64,000 bases of DNA, from NCBI GenBank assembly GCA_017407905.1, contig JAFQVS010000045.1, positions 8,940-72,939 of the forward strand. Direction: 5' to 3'. This DNA is from Bacteroidaceae bacterium. GTDB taxonomy: Bacteria > Bacteroidota > Bacteroidia > Bacteroidales > Bacteroidaceae. A program made the position numbers and the translations under genes. The stretch's first letter is position 1; each line of letters opens with the position of its first letter. Below are positions 1-10,217 of this stretch, one piece after another. The notes beneath the pieces were generated by a model, which saw only the letters and a program-made list of their open reading frames with translations, had not been told where the DNA came from and searched no databases.

Positions 1-2007
1 TTCAACACCGTAAATCTTTTCGAGAGAGGAGAGCACAAGAACAAACTCAGATACAAGAACAATCTATCATTGGAAATTGCATTATACAATGTACAGAAAG
101 AGACCTTCCGCACATTGTTCGAGGAGTGCTGCAAGAATATAAGCAACGAAGAATTAGAGCAATACCTCGCCTACATCAACAGCGAAGCCGTAATAATAGC
201 AAAATCCAATGAGGTAAAACTAGCCACAGCCATTCAACTCATCCCACCACTTTTTGTCGAAATAGTTTCAATGAGGCTCAAGAGCGACCTAAACAGGGCA
301 CAAATAGGGCTTGATATGGAATTAAGTAATCACGGCTTTCAAAGCCGAGCCCCGTCAATGTCGTCGGGCAACTATTCAAGCAAGATAATAAAAGCCTATA
401 AAATATCAGACAAAAGATTCAGTGAGTTGTACGACGAATTTACAACCCAATATTATACCAATATAGATGAGTTGTACAATATATTCAAACAGCAAGATAA
501 CAGGAGCATAAAATCGGAATATGCCGATGATTTCTTCGACGCTATGAAGAGATACCTGCCACACGTACACAAGAAAGTGCTTTACGACTACATCAGCACC
601 AACCAGCTGCAAGAGATTGTCGATTTTATGAACAGCCCGACAGGCAAGAAATTCAACGACCTATCGTTAGGCGAAATATTTAATAAAATAAACAGCACAG
701 AGATTCTCAGCGAAGAGAAAATGCTTGCGCGCATTCAATCGTACATCGACAATTTAACCCCCGAGGACTACGAAAAACATATCGAGGTAAGAGAGAATAT
801 GTCCCTAAGACCCATAAAACCGCGCACAGATGTTACCACCGTTAATTTCAAGAAAGGCACATTCACGGGAGAGACCTTCGAGGGCGTTCCCAACGGGATA
901 GGCACATACACCGATAAAAAAGGGGTAAAATACAGTGGCAATTTCAAGCAAGGCAAAATGCACGGATGTATAACCATCGAAGAGCCCTCGGGCAAGAGCA
1001 GTAAGGTAATGTACGCCAACAACAAAAAGATGAAAGTACAGAGCATAGGACGCACTGCCGACGGAGTAGCTATAAAAGCACCAACCTACAAGGACGGCGA
1101 AACTGAATATGCAATGGGATACGGATACATACAAGAGGAGGGTGTTACACGCATCGGTATGTTCATCGACGATAATTTGGAGGGCGAGGGCGAATATCTC
1201 TCGGATACCGAAACAAAAAAAGGTATATTCAAGAATGATAAGTTTATAGAGGGAGAAATTACAAATGAAAATTCCACTCGCACAACTCATTTTAACGGTA
1301 AGGCTCAAGAAATTTTCATAAACACCATCTACGACGGTACCTACAATTACACCAATATAGCAGAAAAATGGACGCAAGAGCGAGTAGGCAGAAGGATAAA
1401 TTACGACCTTGAAAGCACCGGAACATTTACCGAAAAAACAGACGACTACACGATGCAACGCCGAGGCTACTTTGCCTACGACCGTATGTACGGCAAGGGC
1501 GTCGAAGAATTTACAAGAGAAAAACAGCGCTACGGCCACAAATACGAGGGACAATTCATAGACAGCCGCCATAGTGGCGAGGGCGAGCTTACATTAACCG
1601 CGGTAAACATTTACGAAGGAAATTACAACATTAACCACGAAGGATTTACATTCCACAGTAGCGCCCAGAGCGACACAATAAAATTCAAAGGCACATTCGA
1701 GGATAAGCAATTTATAAACGGTGTGATAGAGACCTCAAACGGCGACCGTCTCGAAGGCACATTCAAAAACGGCAAGCTCGTCGATGGCAAATGCAACGTC
1801 AGCAGCAACAATTGCAGAATGATAATATCATCGGGCTACGCATCATATAAGTCGTACAGCGGCCAGATTAAGAACGGACATTTCGAGGGCGAAGGTAAAT
1901 TGATTGACTCCGACAATTACACACTCGAAGGAACATTCCAAAATAACAGACTAATAAAAGGCACTGTAAAAGACGAAAAAGGCCGATTCCTTTATAGATA
2001 CAAATAG
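1..2007 (+). CDS. MORN-repeat protein with DUF2059-like N-terminal region; 5' end probably upstream of the window
   Basis: The frame is open from base 1, with no stop before the TTG at 70 that the ORF track uses as start. The C-terminal two thirds is an array of MORN-type repeats (e.g. GTFTGETFEGVPNGIGTYTDKKGVKYSGNFKQGKMHG, YEGQFIDSRHSGEGEL, LEGTFKNGKLVDGK). A hairpin terminator follows. Confidence 0.7.
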   Translation, partial: FNTVNLFERGEHKNKLRYKNNLSLEIALYNVQKETFRTLFEECCKNISNEELEQYLAYINSEAVIIAKSNEVKLATAIQLIPPLFVEIVSMRLKSDLNRAQIGLDMELSNHGFQSRAPSMSSGNYSSKIIKAYKISDKRFSELYDEFTTQYYTNIDELYNIFKQQDNRSIKSEYADDFFDAMKRYLPHVHKKVLYDYISTNQLQEIVDFMNSPTGKKFNDLSLGEIFNKINSTEILSEEKMLARIQSYIDNLTPEDYEKHIEVRENMSLRPIKPRTDVTTVNFKKGTFTGETFEGVPNGIGTYTDKKGVKYSGNFKQGKMHGCITIEEPSGKSSKVMYANNKKMKVQSIGRTADGVAIKAPTYKDGETEYAMGYGYIQEEGVTRIGMFIDDNLEGEGEYLSDTETKKGIFKNDKFIEGEITNENSTRTTHFNGKAQEIFINTIYDGTYNYTNIAEKWTQERVGRRINYDLESTGTFTEKTDDYTMQRRGYFAYDRMYGKGVEEFTREKQRYGHKYEGQFIDSRHSGEGELTLTAVNIYEGNYNINHEGFTFHSSAQSDTIKFKGTFEDKQFINGVIETSNGDRLEGTFKNGKLVDGKCNVSSNNCRMIISSGYASYKSYSGQIKNGHFEGEGKLIDSDNYTLEGTFQNNRLIKGTVKDEKGRFLYRYK

Positions 2008-2035
2008 CAGACGCCCGTATGCAGCAACGCCAAAA

Positions 2036-2078
2036 GCAGTTACAGCCCGAAAAGTAAAAGGCTGTAACTGCTTTTTTC
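2036..2078 (+). terminator. Rho-independent terminator after the MORN gene
   Basis: Perfect 12-bp stem GCAGTTACAGCC (2036-2047) / GGCTGTAACTGC (2060-2071), followed by TTTTTT. Confidence 0.8.
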
Positions 2079-2136
2079 ATCCTTAGGCCGATAGTCTGCT
2101 TTTTTTTACGTATCTTCGCGCAATAAATACAAAAAA

Positions 2137-2772
2137 ATGAGCATAGACAACCGACTCGACGACTATATAGCCGCACACAGCAGCCCCGAGGGCGATTATC
2201 TGTACCGTCTCTACCGCGCCACGAACATCGAGATTCTGAACCCTCATATGGCATCGGGACACGTACAGGGACGCCTCTTAAAGCTACTGGTCAAGATGAT
2301 ACGCCCCAAAAATATCCTTGAGATTGGCACATACACGGGATATTCGGCAATTTGTATGGCCGAGGGCCTTGACGACGACGGCCGTCTATACACATTCGAG
2401 GTTGACGACGAGCTCGAGGACTTTACCCGCCGCTGGATTGAGGGCTCGCCCGTAGCCGACAAGATTGTGTTCAGCATAGGCAGCGCCCTTGAAAAAGTAC
2501 CGCAGATGGGGCTGAGGTTCGACCTTGCCTTCATTGACGGCAACAAGCGCGAATATATAGACTATTACGAAATGGTGCTCGGCCATCTTAGCGACAGCGG
2601 CTGGATTCTGGCCGACAACACTCTGTGGGACGGCCACGTAATAGACCCCGCCTACAAGGATGCGCAGACAAATGGCGTAAGAGCGTTCAACGACTATGTT
2701 CGAGCCGATAATCGCGTCGAGGAGGTAATCCCCCCCCTGCGCGACGGACTGACAATAATTAGAAAAAAATAA
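2137..2772 (+). CDS. Class I SAM-dependent O-methyltransferase (family 3, caffeoyl-CoA OMT / YrrM-like)
   Basis: 211 aa. SAM-binding motif ILEIGTYTGYSAICMAEGL, and later AFIDGNKREY, typical of O-methyltransferase family 3. Confidence 0.85.
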   Translation: MSIDNRLDDYIAAHSSPEGDYLYRLYRATNIEILNPHMASGHVQGRLLKLLVKMIRPKNILEIGTYTGYSAICMAEGLDDDGRLYTFEVDDELEDFTRRWIEGSPVADKIVFSIGSALEKVPQMGLRFDLAFIDGNKREYIDYYEMVLGHLSDSGWILADNTLWDGHVIDPAYKDAQTNGVRAFNDYVRADNRVEEVIPPLRDGLTIIRKK

Positions 2773-2783
2773 AAAAACAGACT

Positions 2784-3119
2784 ATGGACAGTACAAGACA
2801 GAATAAAATATCGCGCCTCATACAGAAGGAGCTAAGCGATATATTCCTCAGAATGACAAAAGAGATGCGCGGAGTGATGGTATCGGTGAGCGTCGTGCGT
2901 GTGAGCCCCGACCTCGGCATTGCAAAAGCCTATCTGAGTGTTTTTCCCTCGGAGCGCGCCGATGAGATAATAGAGCATCTGACAAACAGCACAAAAGCCA
3001 TACGATTCGAGCTTGGCAACCGCGTGCGACACCAGCTGCGCATAATCCCCGAGCTCCGCTTCTACCTCGACGACTCACTCGACTACATCGAGCACATCGA
3101 CCAACTGCTTAAAGACTAA
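2784..3119 (+). CDS. rbfA: Ribosome-binding factor A
   Basis: 111 aa. N-terminus RQNKISRLIQKELSDIF and overall size match RbfA. It sits next to an FtsX-like permease, as is common in Bacteroidetes. Confidence 0.9.
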   Translation: MDSTRQNKISRLIQKELSDIFLRMTKEMRGVMVSVSVVRVSPDLGIAKAYLSVFPSERADEIIEHLTNSTKAIRFELGNRVRHQLRIIPELRFYLDDSLDYIEHIDQLLKD

Positions 3120-3133
3120 TCGAGCCCCCGCCG

Positions 3134-4384
3134 ATGAATCTACCCCTTTACATTGCCAAGCGCTATCTGCTGTCGAAGAAGAGCCATCAGGTGATAAACA
3201 TCATTTCGGGCGTGTCGGTGGCAGGCGTTGCCCTTGCCACCATCGCAATGGTGTGTACGCTGTCGGTGTTCAACGGGTTCGGCAAGCTGGTCGAGATTCA
3301 GTCCACGGCACTGCACCCCGACATTAGAATCACCGCCGTCGAGGGCAAGACATTCGACGCCGACAGCGCGCTGGTGTCGCGTCTTGGTGCCGTGCCACAG
3401 ATTAGCGTCGTTACACGCTGCATCGAGGATAAGGCGATGGTGCAATATGGCGGCCGACAGGTGATGGCAGTCATAAAAGGTGTCGAAGAGAATTTCACCC
3501 GTCTTACGAATATCGAGGAGGCACTCATAGGCACGGGAAAGGCTACACTACGCGACAGCATCGCCCACTATGCAATTCCCGGAGCAGGGCTTGTGGGGAC
3601 GCTCAACAGCGGAATATCCTTTGTCGCTCCATACGAGATTTTTGCCCCGCGCCGCGGACGGCGAGTGAGCCTCGGCAACCCCGCAGCCAATTTCAACAAG
3701 GGTTATTTACAATCCTCGGGGCTTATTTTTGTGGTCAATCAGGCCGAGTATGACAACAACTACATTATCACCTCGATTGAGTTCGCGCGCAAGCTGTTTG
3801 CACGCAGCAGCGACGAGGTAGGCAGTCTGGAGCTGCGTCTGAGAGAGGGCGCAAGCCTCGCCGATGCCCGACGTTCCATTGCACAGATTATGGGCGAGGG
3901 TTACGACATAAAAGACCGCCGGCGCCAACAGGAGGATATTTTCAGGATTATGGAGATTGAGAAATTTATCTCGTACATTTTCCTCACATTCATCCTTTTG
4001 GTAGCCTGCTTCAATATAATAGGGTCGCTCTCGATGCTCATCCTTGAAAAGCGCGAGGATGTAACGACGCTGCGCAGCCTCGGAGCGAGCGACCACCTGA
4101 TAATCAACATTTTCGTTACCGAGGGGCTCTTAATCTCGACCATCGGTGCGCTTATCGGAATTTTAATTGGAGTGGTTGTGTGCCTTATTCAAGAGCACTA
4201 CGGGGTGCTTGCGTTGGGCGGTTCGGGAAACAATCTTTTGGTCGATAGCTACCCTGTGGATGTTCATCTGTCCGATATTCTGGTTGTTTTTGGCACGGTT
4301 ATTGCCATCGGCTTTGTGGCCGTTGCAGTGCCTGTGAGGATGCTTACGCGTAAGATTCTGAGCGGGGGTCTGAAAAAGGAGTAA
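3134..4384 (+). CDS. FtsX-like ABC transporter permease (LolC/E family)
   Basis: 416 aa. N-terminal motif IAKRYLLSKKSHQVINIISGVSVAGVALATIAMVCTLSVFNGF, a large periplasmic loop, then three C-terminal TM helices (FtsX fold). Confidence 0.85.
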   Translation: MNLPLYIAKRYLLSKKSHQVINIISGVSVAGVALATIAMVCTLSVFNGFGKLVEIQSTALHPDIRITAVEGKTFDADSALVSRLGAVPQISVVTRCIEDKAMVQYGGRQVMAVIKGVEENFTRLTNIEEALIGTGKATLRDSIAHYAIPGAGLVGTLNSGISFVAPYEIFAPRRGRRVSLGNPAANFNKGYLQSSGLIFVVNQAEYDNNYIITSIEFARKLFARSSDEVGSLELRLREGASLADARRSIAQIMGEGYDIKDRRRQQEDIFRIMEIEKFISYIFLTFILLVACFNIIGSLSMLILEKREDVTTLRSLGASDHLIINIFVTEGLLISTIGALIGILIGVVVCLIQEHYGVLALGGSGNNLLVDSYPVDVHLSDILVVFGTVIAIGFVAVAVPVRMLTRKILSGGLKKE

Positions 4385-4441
4385 CAAGCGCCCGCGGGGG
4401 TGCACTCGCCAAAAGATAGCTCAGGCTGTTTTTCACTGTAA

Positions 4442-4492
4442 AATCATCCGCCGACAGAAGGGTTCTTCTGTCGGCGGATGATTCTTTTTTTC
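4442..4492. terminator. Hairpin terminator between the convergent permease and murI genes
   Basis: Perfect 19-bp stem AATCATCCGCCGACAGAAG (4442-4460) / CTTCTGTCGGCGGATGATT (4465-4483), loop GGTT, then a T-run. Confidence 0.85.
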
Positions 4493-4511
4493 TCGGACAA
4501 GCGATATTGGC

Positions 4512-5360
4512 TCAGACGAGCGATATTCTGCTTGCGCGCACGGGCCTGCCGAGGAAGCGCGACGCCTGCTGGCGGAATTTATCGGCCGCCTCGGTGGTGT
4601 AGAACAGCGTCTCGCCGCCCTTTGTACACAACGCCTCAATATCGGTGTGCCGTGTCAGATAATCGCGCAGCGAGTGGGCAACAGCTTCGCCCTGCGTCAA
4701 CACATTCACCCCCGAGGGCACAAAGCTGCGCACCCTCTCAAGGAGCAGCGGATAGTGTGTGCAGCCCAATATCACTGTGTCGATAAGCGGGTCGCGAGCA
4801 AGCAACGCCTCGACGTCGCGGCGCACAAAATAGTCGGCTCCGGGCGTCAGATGCTCGTCGGCCTCGACCAAAGAGGCCCACATTGGGCAGGCCTTTCCCG
4901 CAACCTCAATATCGGGGAAGAGTTTTTTTATCTCAAGCGGGTAGGACATTGATTTTATCGTACCCTCGGTGGCAAGCACGCCCACGTGGCGGCTTTTTGT
5001 TACAGAGCCTATGCTCTCGACCGTGGGGCGTATAATTCCAAGAACGCGGCGCGAGGGGTCCATAATCGGCAGGTCGAGCTGCTGGATGTTGCGCAGAGCC
5101 TTTGCCGAGGCTGTGTTACAGGCGAGAATGACAAGATGGCATCCCCGACGGAAAAGAAACTCCACTGCCTGACGCGTAAACTCGTACACAACATCAAACG
5201 AGCGTGTGCCGTAGGGCGCGCGCGCATTATCGCCCAAGTAAAGATAGTCGTACTCGGGCATCAGCTTTTTAATCTCGCTGTATATTGTGAGCCCTCCGTA
5301 TCCCGAGTCAAAAATTCCTATCGGACCGGGGCCATCGGGCAGTTGCATTATTGTTGACAT
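4512..5360 (-). CDS. murI: Glutamate racemase
   Basis: 282 aa. Motifs IGIFDSGYGGLT, YLGDNARAPYG, LACNTASA and GCTHYPLL are the classical MurI signatures. Confidence 0.95.
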   Translation of the reverse strand: MSTIMQLPDGPGPIGIFDSGYGGLTIYSEIKKLMPEYDYLYLGDNARAPYGTRSFDVVYEFTRQAVEFLFRRGCHLVILACNTASAKALRNIQQLDLPIMDPSRRVLGIIRPTVESIGSVTKSRHVGVLATEGTIKSMSYPLEIKKLFPDIEVAGKACPMWASLVEADEHLTPGADYFVRRDVEALLARDPLIDTVILGCTHYPLLLERVRSFVPSGVNVLTQGEAVAHSLRDYLTRHTDIEALCTKGGETLFYTTEAADKFRQQASRFLGRPVRASRISLV

Positions 5361-5378
5361 AGGTCTCCTCTTTTGATT

Positions 5379-6047
5379 TTAGTGGAAAGCTCCCTCGACA
5401 GCCTCGTGCTCGGCATCGGTGGCCTCGACCTCAAGGTCGAGCTGTTCTACTATTGTGGTGCTGTCGGTGGCAATGGAGTCTGTTATTACCGACCTATTCT
5501 CCAATATGAATGTACGCCCGTCGGTTGCCTGTATTATCTGCGGCTCACCGTTCTTGAGGATTGTGTTTACGACTGCTTTTGTTACGTCTAAGCCCATTGC
5601 GGGATTAACGAAAAGATAGCCGGCCTCTTCGAGGTTTATGACGTAGGCAAGGCCGTTGTGCATACACACGCGGGCTATTGCATCGTCAACTATTGCATTG
5701 ACGGGTGCAAAGAGCGAGTCGTGCGCCTGCACGAGCCATTTTTTTACCTCTTCGCGGAATTGTATGCTGCGGTCAACGTGGTCTTGCAGCTCTTTTTGAC
5801 GCTTGCGCAGGATGGGCTCGGGAAACTCGCGTTGTCCGTCGAGGAAAGAGACGTAGTTGCGTGTAAGCTCCTCCTCGTTACGCAGAAGCTCTTGCTCGCA
5901 GCGCTTGAGCAATTCGTTGTAGTGAGCCTGTGCCTCCTTATACTGTGGCACCTGCTGCTGAGCCTCGCTATAATTCAGATAGCCGAATCTCACCTGTGCC
6001 ACGGCGGCAAGGGGCAAGATAAGCAGAATTACCAATATTTTTCGCAT
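5379..6047 (-). CDS. OmpH/Skp-family periplasmic chaperone paralog with acidic C-terminal extension
   Basis: The likely start is the ATG at 6047 (MRKILVILLILPLAAVAQ signal peptide); the ORF-track start at 6101 adds 18 aa with no signal. Coiled-coil, Skp-like composition. It is the third OmpH-like gene downstream of bamA. Confidence 0.7.
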   Translation of the reverse strand: MRKILVILLILPLAAVAQVRFGYLNYSEAQQQVPQYKEAQAHYNELLKRCEQELLRNEEELTRNYVSFLDGQREFPEPILRKRQKELQDHVDRSIQFREEVKKWLVQAHDSLFAPVNAIVDDAIARVCMHNGLAYVINLEEAGYLFVNPAMGLDVTKAVVNTILKNGEPQIIQATDGRTFILENRSVITDSIATDSTTIVEQLDLEVEATDAEHEAVEGAFH

Positions 6048-6132
6048 TTTCCTTATCTCTTTTGGTTTAAAATGATATAAGAGGGAGGCCTCGAAAGCCA
6101 CCCTCTCATTGTTCTATACTGAATCTCTTTTG

Positions 6133-6663
6133 TTACTGCTTGGTCGAGGAGGCTGCCGAGCCTGTTATTCCCAGCGCAGCCTTTACCTTCTCTGATACAT
6201 CCTCGCAGAGTGTCTCGCTGATGTAAGGCACGCCACCGGCAATATCAAATACGCACACGTAACCACCCTCGCGGCCCACACGCTGAATGGCGTCCGAGAG
6301 TACCTTGCTCACCTCGGTGAGTTTGTTCATTCTGGCCTGTTCGAGGTTCTGTGCACTCTCTTGATAGTACTGCTGCAAACGTGTGTTGAGCTCTTGAAGC
6401 TCGTTGTAACGACGCTGAAGAATATTCTCGGGGAGCGAGTCCTTAAGCTGCTCGAACTGAACGCCTTTCTTTTCGAGCTCGGTGCGCAGACGCTCAAACT
6501 CGTCAGCGTACTGTTTCTCCAATGTCTGAAGGTCGGCCTGAGCCTTTGTAAACTCGGGCATTATCTGCATAATTGCATTTGCATTTACGTAACCAAACTT
6601 CTGTGTCTGAGCGATGATGCTCAGGGGAGCCATCATCAAAAATAGAATCAATAACTTTTTCAT
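6133..6663 (-). CDS. OmpH/Skp-family periplasmic chaperone
   Basis: 176 aa. Signal peptide MKKLLILFLMMAPLSIIAQ, then KFGYVNANAIMQIMPE and a Q/E/L-rich coiled coil typical of OmpH. Confidence 0.85.
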   Translation of the reverse strand: MKKLLILFLMMAPLSIIAQTQKFGYVNANAIMQIMPEFTKAQADLQTLEKQYADEFERLRTELEKKGVQFEQLKDSLPENILQRRYNELQELNTRLQQYYQESAQNLEQARMNKLTEVSKVLSDAIQRVGREGGYVCVFDIAGGVPYISETLCEDVSEKVKAALGITGSAASSTKQ

Positions 6664-6723
6664 TTTTCTTTATATTTAAATTACTTTTTTCTTTGAAATG
6701 GGCAAAACTTTCGCCGCCACTCT

Positions 6724-6950
6724 CAGCCTATATTCGCCTAAGCGCAAAGCGAACGCAAAGATAGTGCCAAAGAGCGAGATATACAAAGTTTACTTTGTAA
6801 TTTCAAAGCAAGTGCAGCCTATATTCGCGTGAGCGCAAAGCGAGTGCAAAGATAGTGCCAACGAGCGAGATATACAAAGTTTACTTTGTAATTTCAAAGC
6901 GAGTGCAGCCTATATTCGCGTGAGCGCAAAGCGAACGCAAAGATAGTGCA
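6724..6950. repeat. 91-bp tandem repeat, about 2.5 units, in the intergenic region between two ompH genes
   Basis: Units begin at 6724, 6815 and 6906 (CAGCCTATATTCGC...), an exact 91-bp period with a few substitutions. Each full unit contains the palindrome TACAAAGT-TT-ACTTTGTA. Confidence 0.95.
6756..6787 (-). promoter_or_regulatory. Bacteroidetes-type promoter (-33 TTTG / -7 TATCTTTG) in the proximal repeat unit, reading toward ompH (6663)
   Basis: On the minus strand: TTTG (plus-strand CAAA 6784-6787), a 20-nt spacer, then TATCTTTG (plus-strand CAAAGATA 6756-6763). The same arrangement recurs 91 bp upstream (6847-6854 / 6875-6878). A third -7 box lies at 6938-6945. Confidence 0.6.
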
Positions 6951-6951
6951 T

Positions 6952-7467
6952 TTAATTGGAATAGCCAAGCTTAGAGAGCACGTCGTTGCTTATATCAATC
7001 TTGGGCGAGGCATAAATTATACTCGTTGCCGAGGCTCGGTCGATAACCATTGAATATCCCTTTGTATCGCAAATATCCTTTACGGCATTATAAATCTCGT
7101 CCTGAATGGGCGCCATAAGGCTCTCGCGTTTCTTGTACAGCTCGCCCTCGGGACCAAAATAGAGGCGTTTAAGCTCGCCCGCCCTCTTCTCGGTGGTCAG
7201 AATCTCCTCCTCGCGCTCGGTGCGCTGCTCGTCGCTCAGAAACATCGACTCGCTCTGATACTTTTTATAGAGCGTCTGAGCCTGCTCGACAAGAATATCA
7301 ATCTCGCCCTGCCAACGTCTCGACTGCTGATTAAGCTGCTCGTTGGCACGCTCGTAGGCCGGAATATTCTTTAATATATACTCCATATCAATGAGCGCAT
7401 ATTTCTGTGCCTGCACCCCTATGGCTGCAAAGCACGCAAGAATTGTCATTAACAAAAATCTTTTCAT
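6952..7467 (-). CDS. OmpH/Skp-family periplasmic chaperone
   Basis: 171 aa. Signal peptide MKRFLLMTILACFAAIGVQAQ, then KYALIDMEYILKNIP and a coiled-coil body. It lies immediately downstream of bamA. Confidence 0.85.
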   Translation of the reverse strand: MKRFLLMTILACFAAIGVQAQKYALIDMEYILKNIPAYERANEQLNQQSRRWQGEIDILVEQAQTLYKKYQSESMFLSDEQRTEREEEILTTEKRAGELKRLYFGPEGELYKKRESLMAPIQDEIYNAVKDICDTKGYSMVIDRASATSIIYASPKIDISNDVLSKLGYSN

Positions 7468-7511
7468 AAATTTAACTTTTATGGCATCCTGCGATGCCGG
7501 TTAAACACTCA

Positions 7512-10217
7512 TTAAAACTCTTGTCCCAAGATAAAGTGGAACTGACTGCCACTATACTGCGACGAGCCAAAGAGTTTGTCGAATCCATAAGCCCAATCAA
7601 TACCTATCAGACCAATCATTTGCAGATAGATGCGTACACCCACTCCTGCGCTGCGCTTAAGGTCGAACAGATTAAATTGGCTCGCCTCGGTCCACGTGTT
7701 ACCGCCCTCGACAAAGGCAAGGCCGTAGATATTGGTAGAGGTCTGCAACATAAAGGGGAAGCGCAGCTCCATTCCCAAGCGGGTGTAAGCGTAGCCCTCG
7801 TAGCCGTATGGGGTGAGACTACCATTGTCGTATCCGCGCAGTGCCACCATATCAGTTGCATAGTTATACGAGTATCCGCTCATTCCGTCGCCACCCATAT
7901 AGAAAGTCTCGAAGGGCGATTTTTTATTCTTGTCGTAGCTGCCCAAAATACCAAAATCGGCGCGGGTCATAAGCACAAGATTGTATTTTCCCTCGGTGAG
8001 CGAGGTATATGTCTTACTGCGGAATTTAATTTTGTAGTACTCTATCCACTTATGCTTTTCGCGCAGCTCGGATTTATAAGTCGAGCTCTTGGGATTCTTG
8101 GCCAGATTGGCATAATCCTTACCATCGAATGCCGAATAGGGCGGAGTGAACGAGGCCGACAGCGAAAATTCCGAACCGTGGCGTGGGTACAATGGATTAT
8201 CGACCGAATTACGCGAGAGCGACAGTGTAAGGTTGATATTGTTACAGTGTCCGTCGGTTATCAGGAAGTACTGCCAATCCTTAAGCGAGTATAGCTGATA
8301 GTTAAGCTCGGCCGAGAATTGGAAGAAGTCATCGGGCCAACGCAGACGACGTCCCCATCCTATTGAGAATCCATACATTCTTATATATTTATCGGGGTCG
8401 TAGTACGACGACATATTATTATATCCGTAGCCGTAGTTGTTGTAGTTGCCATAGCCATAGAGATAGTTATAATAGTTGTTGTAATAGGCCGAATTATAGT
8501 AGCTGCTTGCAACGTCTGTCTGCACCGACATAAATGCCGACACCGAGAATGAGTTGGGGCGTTTGCGGCCGAACCACGGGTCGAAGAACGAGACGCTGTA
8601 TGCCTGATAGTACTGTCCGTTCGATTGTGCACTGACGGTGAGCGTCTGACCGTCGCCCTGCGGTATTATGCCTCGGCGGTTGCCGTCGCGACGGAAGAGG
8701 TTGCGCATCGAGAAGTTTGTAAATTTCAGCGACAATTTTCCGATTACACCCGTCTGTCCCCATCCTGCCGACACCTCAATCTGGTCGCTGCTCTTCGAGA
8801 CGAGCTGCCAATCAATGTCAACGGTTCCTTTCTGTTGGTTGGGAACAATGTTGGGATTAACCTTTTCGGGGTCGAAATGTCCCATCTGAGCAATCTCGCG
8901 ATAAGAGCGCTCGACGGCGGCCATTGAGAAGAGGCTTCCGGGCAGCGTACGCAGCTCGCGGCGCACAACCTCCTCGTAGAGGCGGTCGTTTCCGCTTATC
9001 TTCACGCGGTCGATGGTTGCCTGTGCACCTTCGTACATACGTACCTCAAGGTCAACCGAGTCGTTATCGACGCTCACCTCGATGGGCACCATTTTCAGAA
9101 AGACGTAACCCTGATTGTAGTACAATTTCTGCACGGCATCCTCGTCGCTGTTCAGACGCTCGTCGAGGAGTTTCTGATTATATACGTCGCCGGCCTTCAT
9201 TCCCAGCAGATAGTTGAGTTGTGCCGTCGAATAGACGCTGTTACCCACCCAATTTATTCCTCTGAGGTAATATTTGTTACCCTCTTCGATGTTCAGATAA
9301 ATATCCACGCTCTTGTCGTCGTAGGGCACTACGCTGTCGGTAGCGATGAGTGCATCGCGGTAGCCGTGCTCATTGTAGAGCGATATTATATTCTCTTTGT
9401 CGCCCTCGTAGCGTTCCTCGGTGAATTTCTTCGAGCGCAGGAAAGTGTGAAGGAAATTGTTGAACGTGGTCTTTTCGCGTGTCTTTTTCATCGCGTAGCG
9501 CACCTTTTTGTCGGGGAGCGCCTCGACGCCGTTGATATATATCTTATGCACCTTTATTTTATCCTTTTTATCGACGTTTACATCGACAATCATCTGATTA
9601 TCGGCGTTAACGTCGGGGCGCTGCATAATATTTACCTCGGCATTTTTGTAGCCCTTACCCTCGAAATAACGCTCAATGACGCGCTTGGCACGGCTCACCA
9701 TATCAGGGGTTATTTGGTTGCCCTTGAATATTCCTATCTGCGATTCAATATCCTCGCGCTCGCTCTTCTTGACGCCGTTGATGTTAATCTGCGACACGCG
9801 CGGACTCTGTTTAAGGTGTATGCCGAGATAGATTTTCGAGCCGATGATACTATCGGCTGTGATGCTCACGTCCGAGAATAGTCCAAACTCCCAATAGCGC
9901 TTGACGGCGGCTGTGATGGCCTCGCCGGGGATGGTAATTTCGTCGCCAACGGATAGGTTCGAGAGACCTATTATCACGTAAGGTTCCTGCGTCTCGACGC
10001 CTGTAACATTTATTCCGCCAATAACATATTTGCGCGGGGTGCCCGAGTATAAGATAGTGGGGTTAACCACCTTCTGAGCCTGCGCAAGAAGCTCGCACGT
10101 GCCTACGGCAAGCACTAGCAGCGCTATTGCGGCTACACGCACAAGGCCGAGCGTCGGGCGCAATAGCATTTTTTGCTTTTTTTGTTGATTATATATCATC
10201 GTTTGCAGTTTTTTCAT
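7512..10217 (-). CDS. bamA: Outer membrane protein assembly factor BamA
   Basis: 901 aa. N-terminal POTRA-like repeats and a C-terminal beta-barrel ending ...FHFILGQEF. The start overlaps the uppS stop (ATGA). This is the canonical uppS-bamA-ompH arrangement. Confidence 0.92.
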   Translation of the reverse strand: MKKLQTMIYNQQKKQKMLLRPTLGLVRVAAIALLVLAVGTCELLAQAQKVVNPTILYSGTPRKYVIGGINVTGVETQEPYVIIGLSNLSVGDEITIPGEAITAAVKRYWEFGLFSDVSITADSIIGSKIYLGIHLKQSPRVSQININGVKKSEREDIESQIGIFKGNQITPDMVSRAKRVIERYFEGKGYKNAEVNIMQRPDVNADNQMIVDVNVDKKDKIKVHKIYINGVEALPDKKVRYAMKKTREKTTFNNFLHTFLRSKKFTEERYEGDKENIISLYNEHGYRDALIATDSVVPYDDKSVDIYLNIEEGNKYYLRGINWVGNSVYSTAQLNYLLGMKAGDVYNQKLLDERLNSDEDAVQKLYYNQGYVFLKMVPIEVSVDNDSVDLEVRMYEGAQATIDRVKISGNDRLYEEVVRRELRTLPGSLFSMAAVERSYREIAQMGHFDPEKVNPNIVPNQQKGTVDIDWQLVSKSSDQIEVSAGWGQTGVIGKLSLKFTNFSMRNLFRRDGNRRGIIPQGDGQTLTVSAQSNGQYYQAYSVSFFDPWFGRKRPNSFSVSAFMSVQTDVASSYYNSAYYNNYYNYLYGYGNYNNYGYGYNNMSSYYDPDKYIRMYGFSIGWGRRLRWPDDFFQFSAELNYQLYSLKDWQYFLITDGHCNNINLTLSLSRNSVDNPLYPRHGSEFSLSASFTPPYSAFDGKDYANLAKNPKSSTYKSELREKHKWIEYYKIKFRSKTYTSLTEGKYNLVLMTRADFGILGSYDKNKKSPFETFYMGGDGMSGYSYNYATDMVALRGYDNGSLTPYGYEGYAYTRLGMELRFPFMLQTSTNIYGLAFVEGGNTWTEASQFNLFDLKRSAGVGVRIYLQMIGLIGIDWAYGFDKLFGSSQYSGSQFHFILGQEF

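Noticed and set aside
70-72. TTG at 70 as the start codon of the MORN protein
   Set aside because: The frame has no stop from base 1, so the gene probably starts upstream of the window. The TTG is only the first start-like codon the ORF finder could use.
805-1572. Long antisense or alternative-frame ORFs from the six-frame track. Examples: 805-1572(-), 7494-8294(+), 9219-9881(+), 11893-13044(+), 15305-15928(+), 16524-17237(+), 18063-18662(+), 21908-22681(+), 23343-24035(+), 48508-49713(-), 59722-60558(-) and 62181-62744(-).
   Set aside because: Each lies wholly inside a longer ORF with clear family motifs, either on the opposite strand or in another frame. Their translations are low-complexity or Arg/Cys/His-rich with no recognisable motifs. 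These are shadow ORFs, typical of moderately GC-rich coding DNA.
6724-6950. The 91-bp repeats as a CRISPR array
   Set aside because: The units are contiguous with no unique spacers, the period (91 bp) is a whole repeated unit rather than repeat plus spacer, and no cas genes are present.
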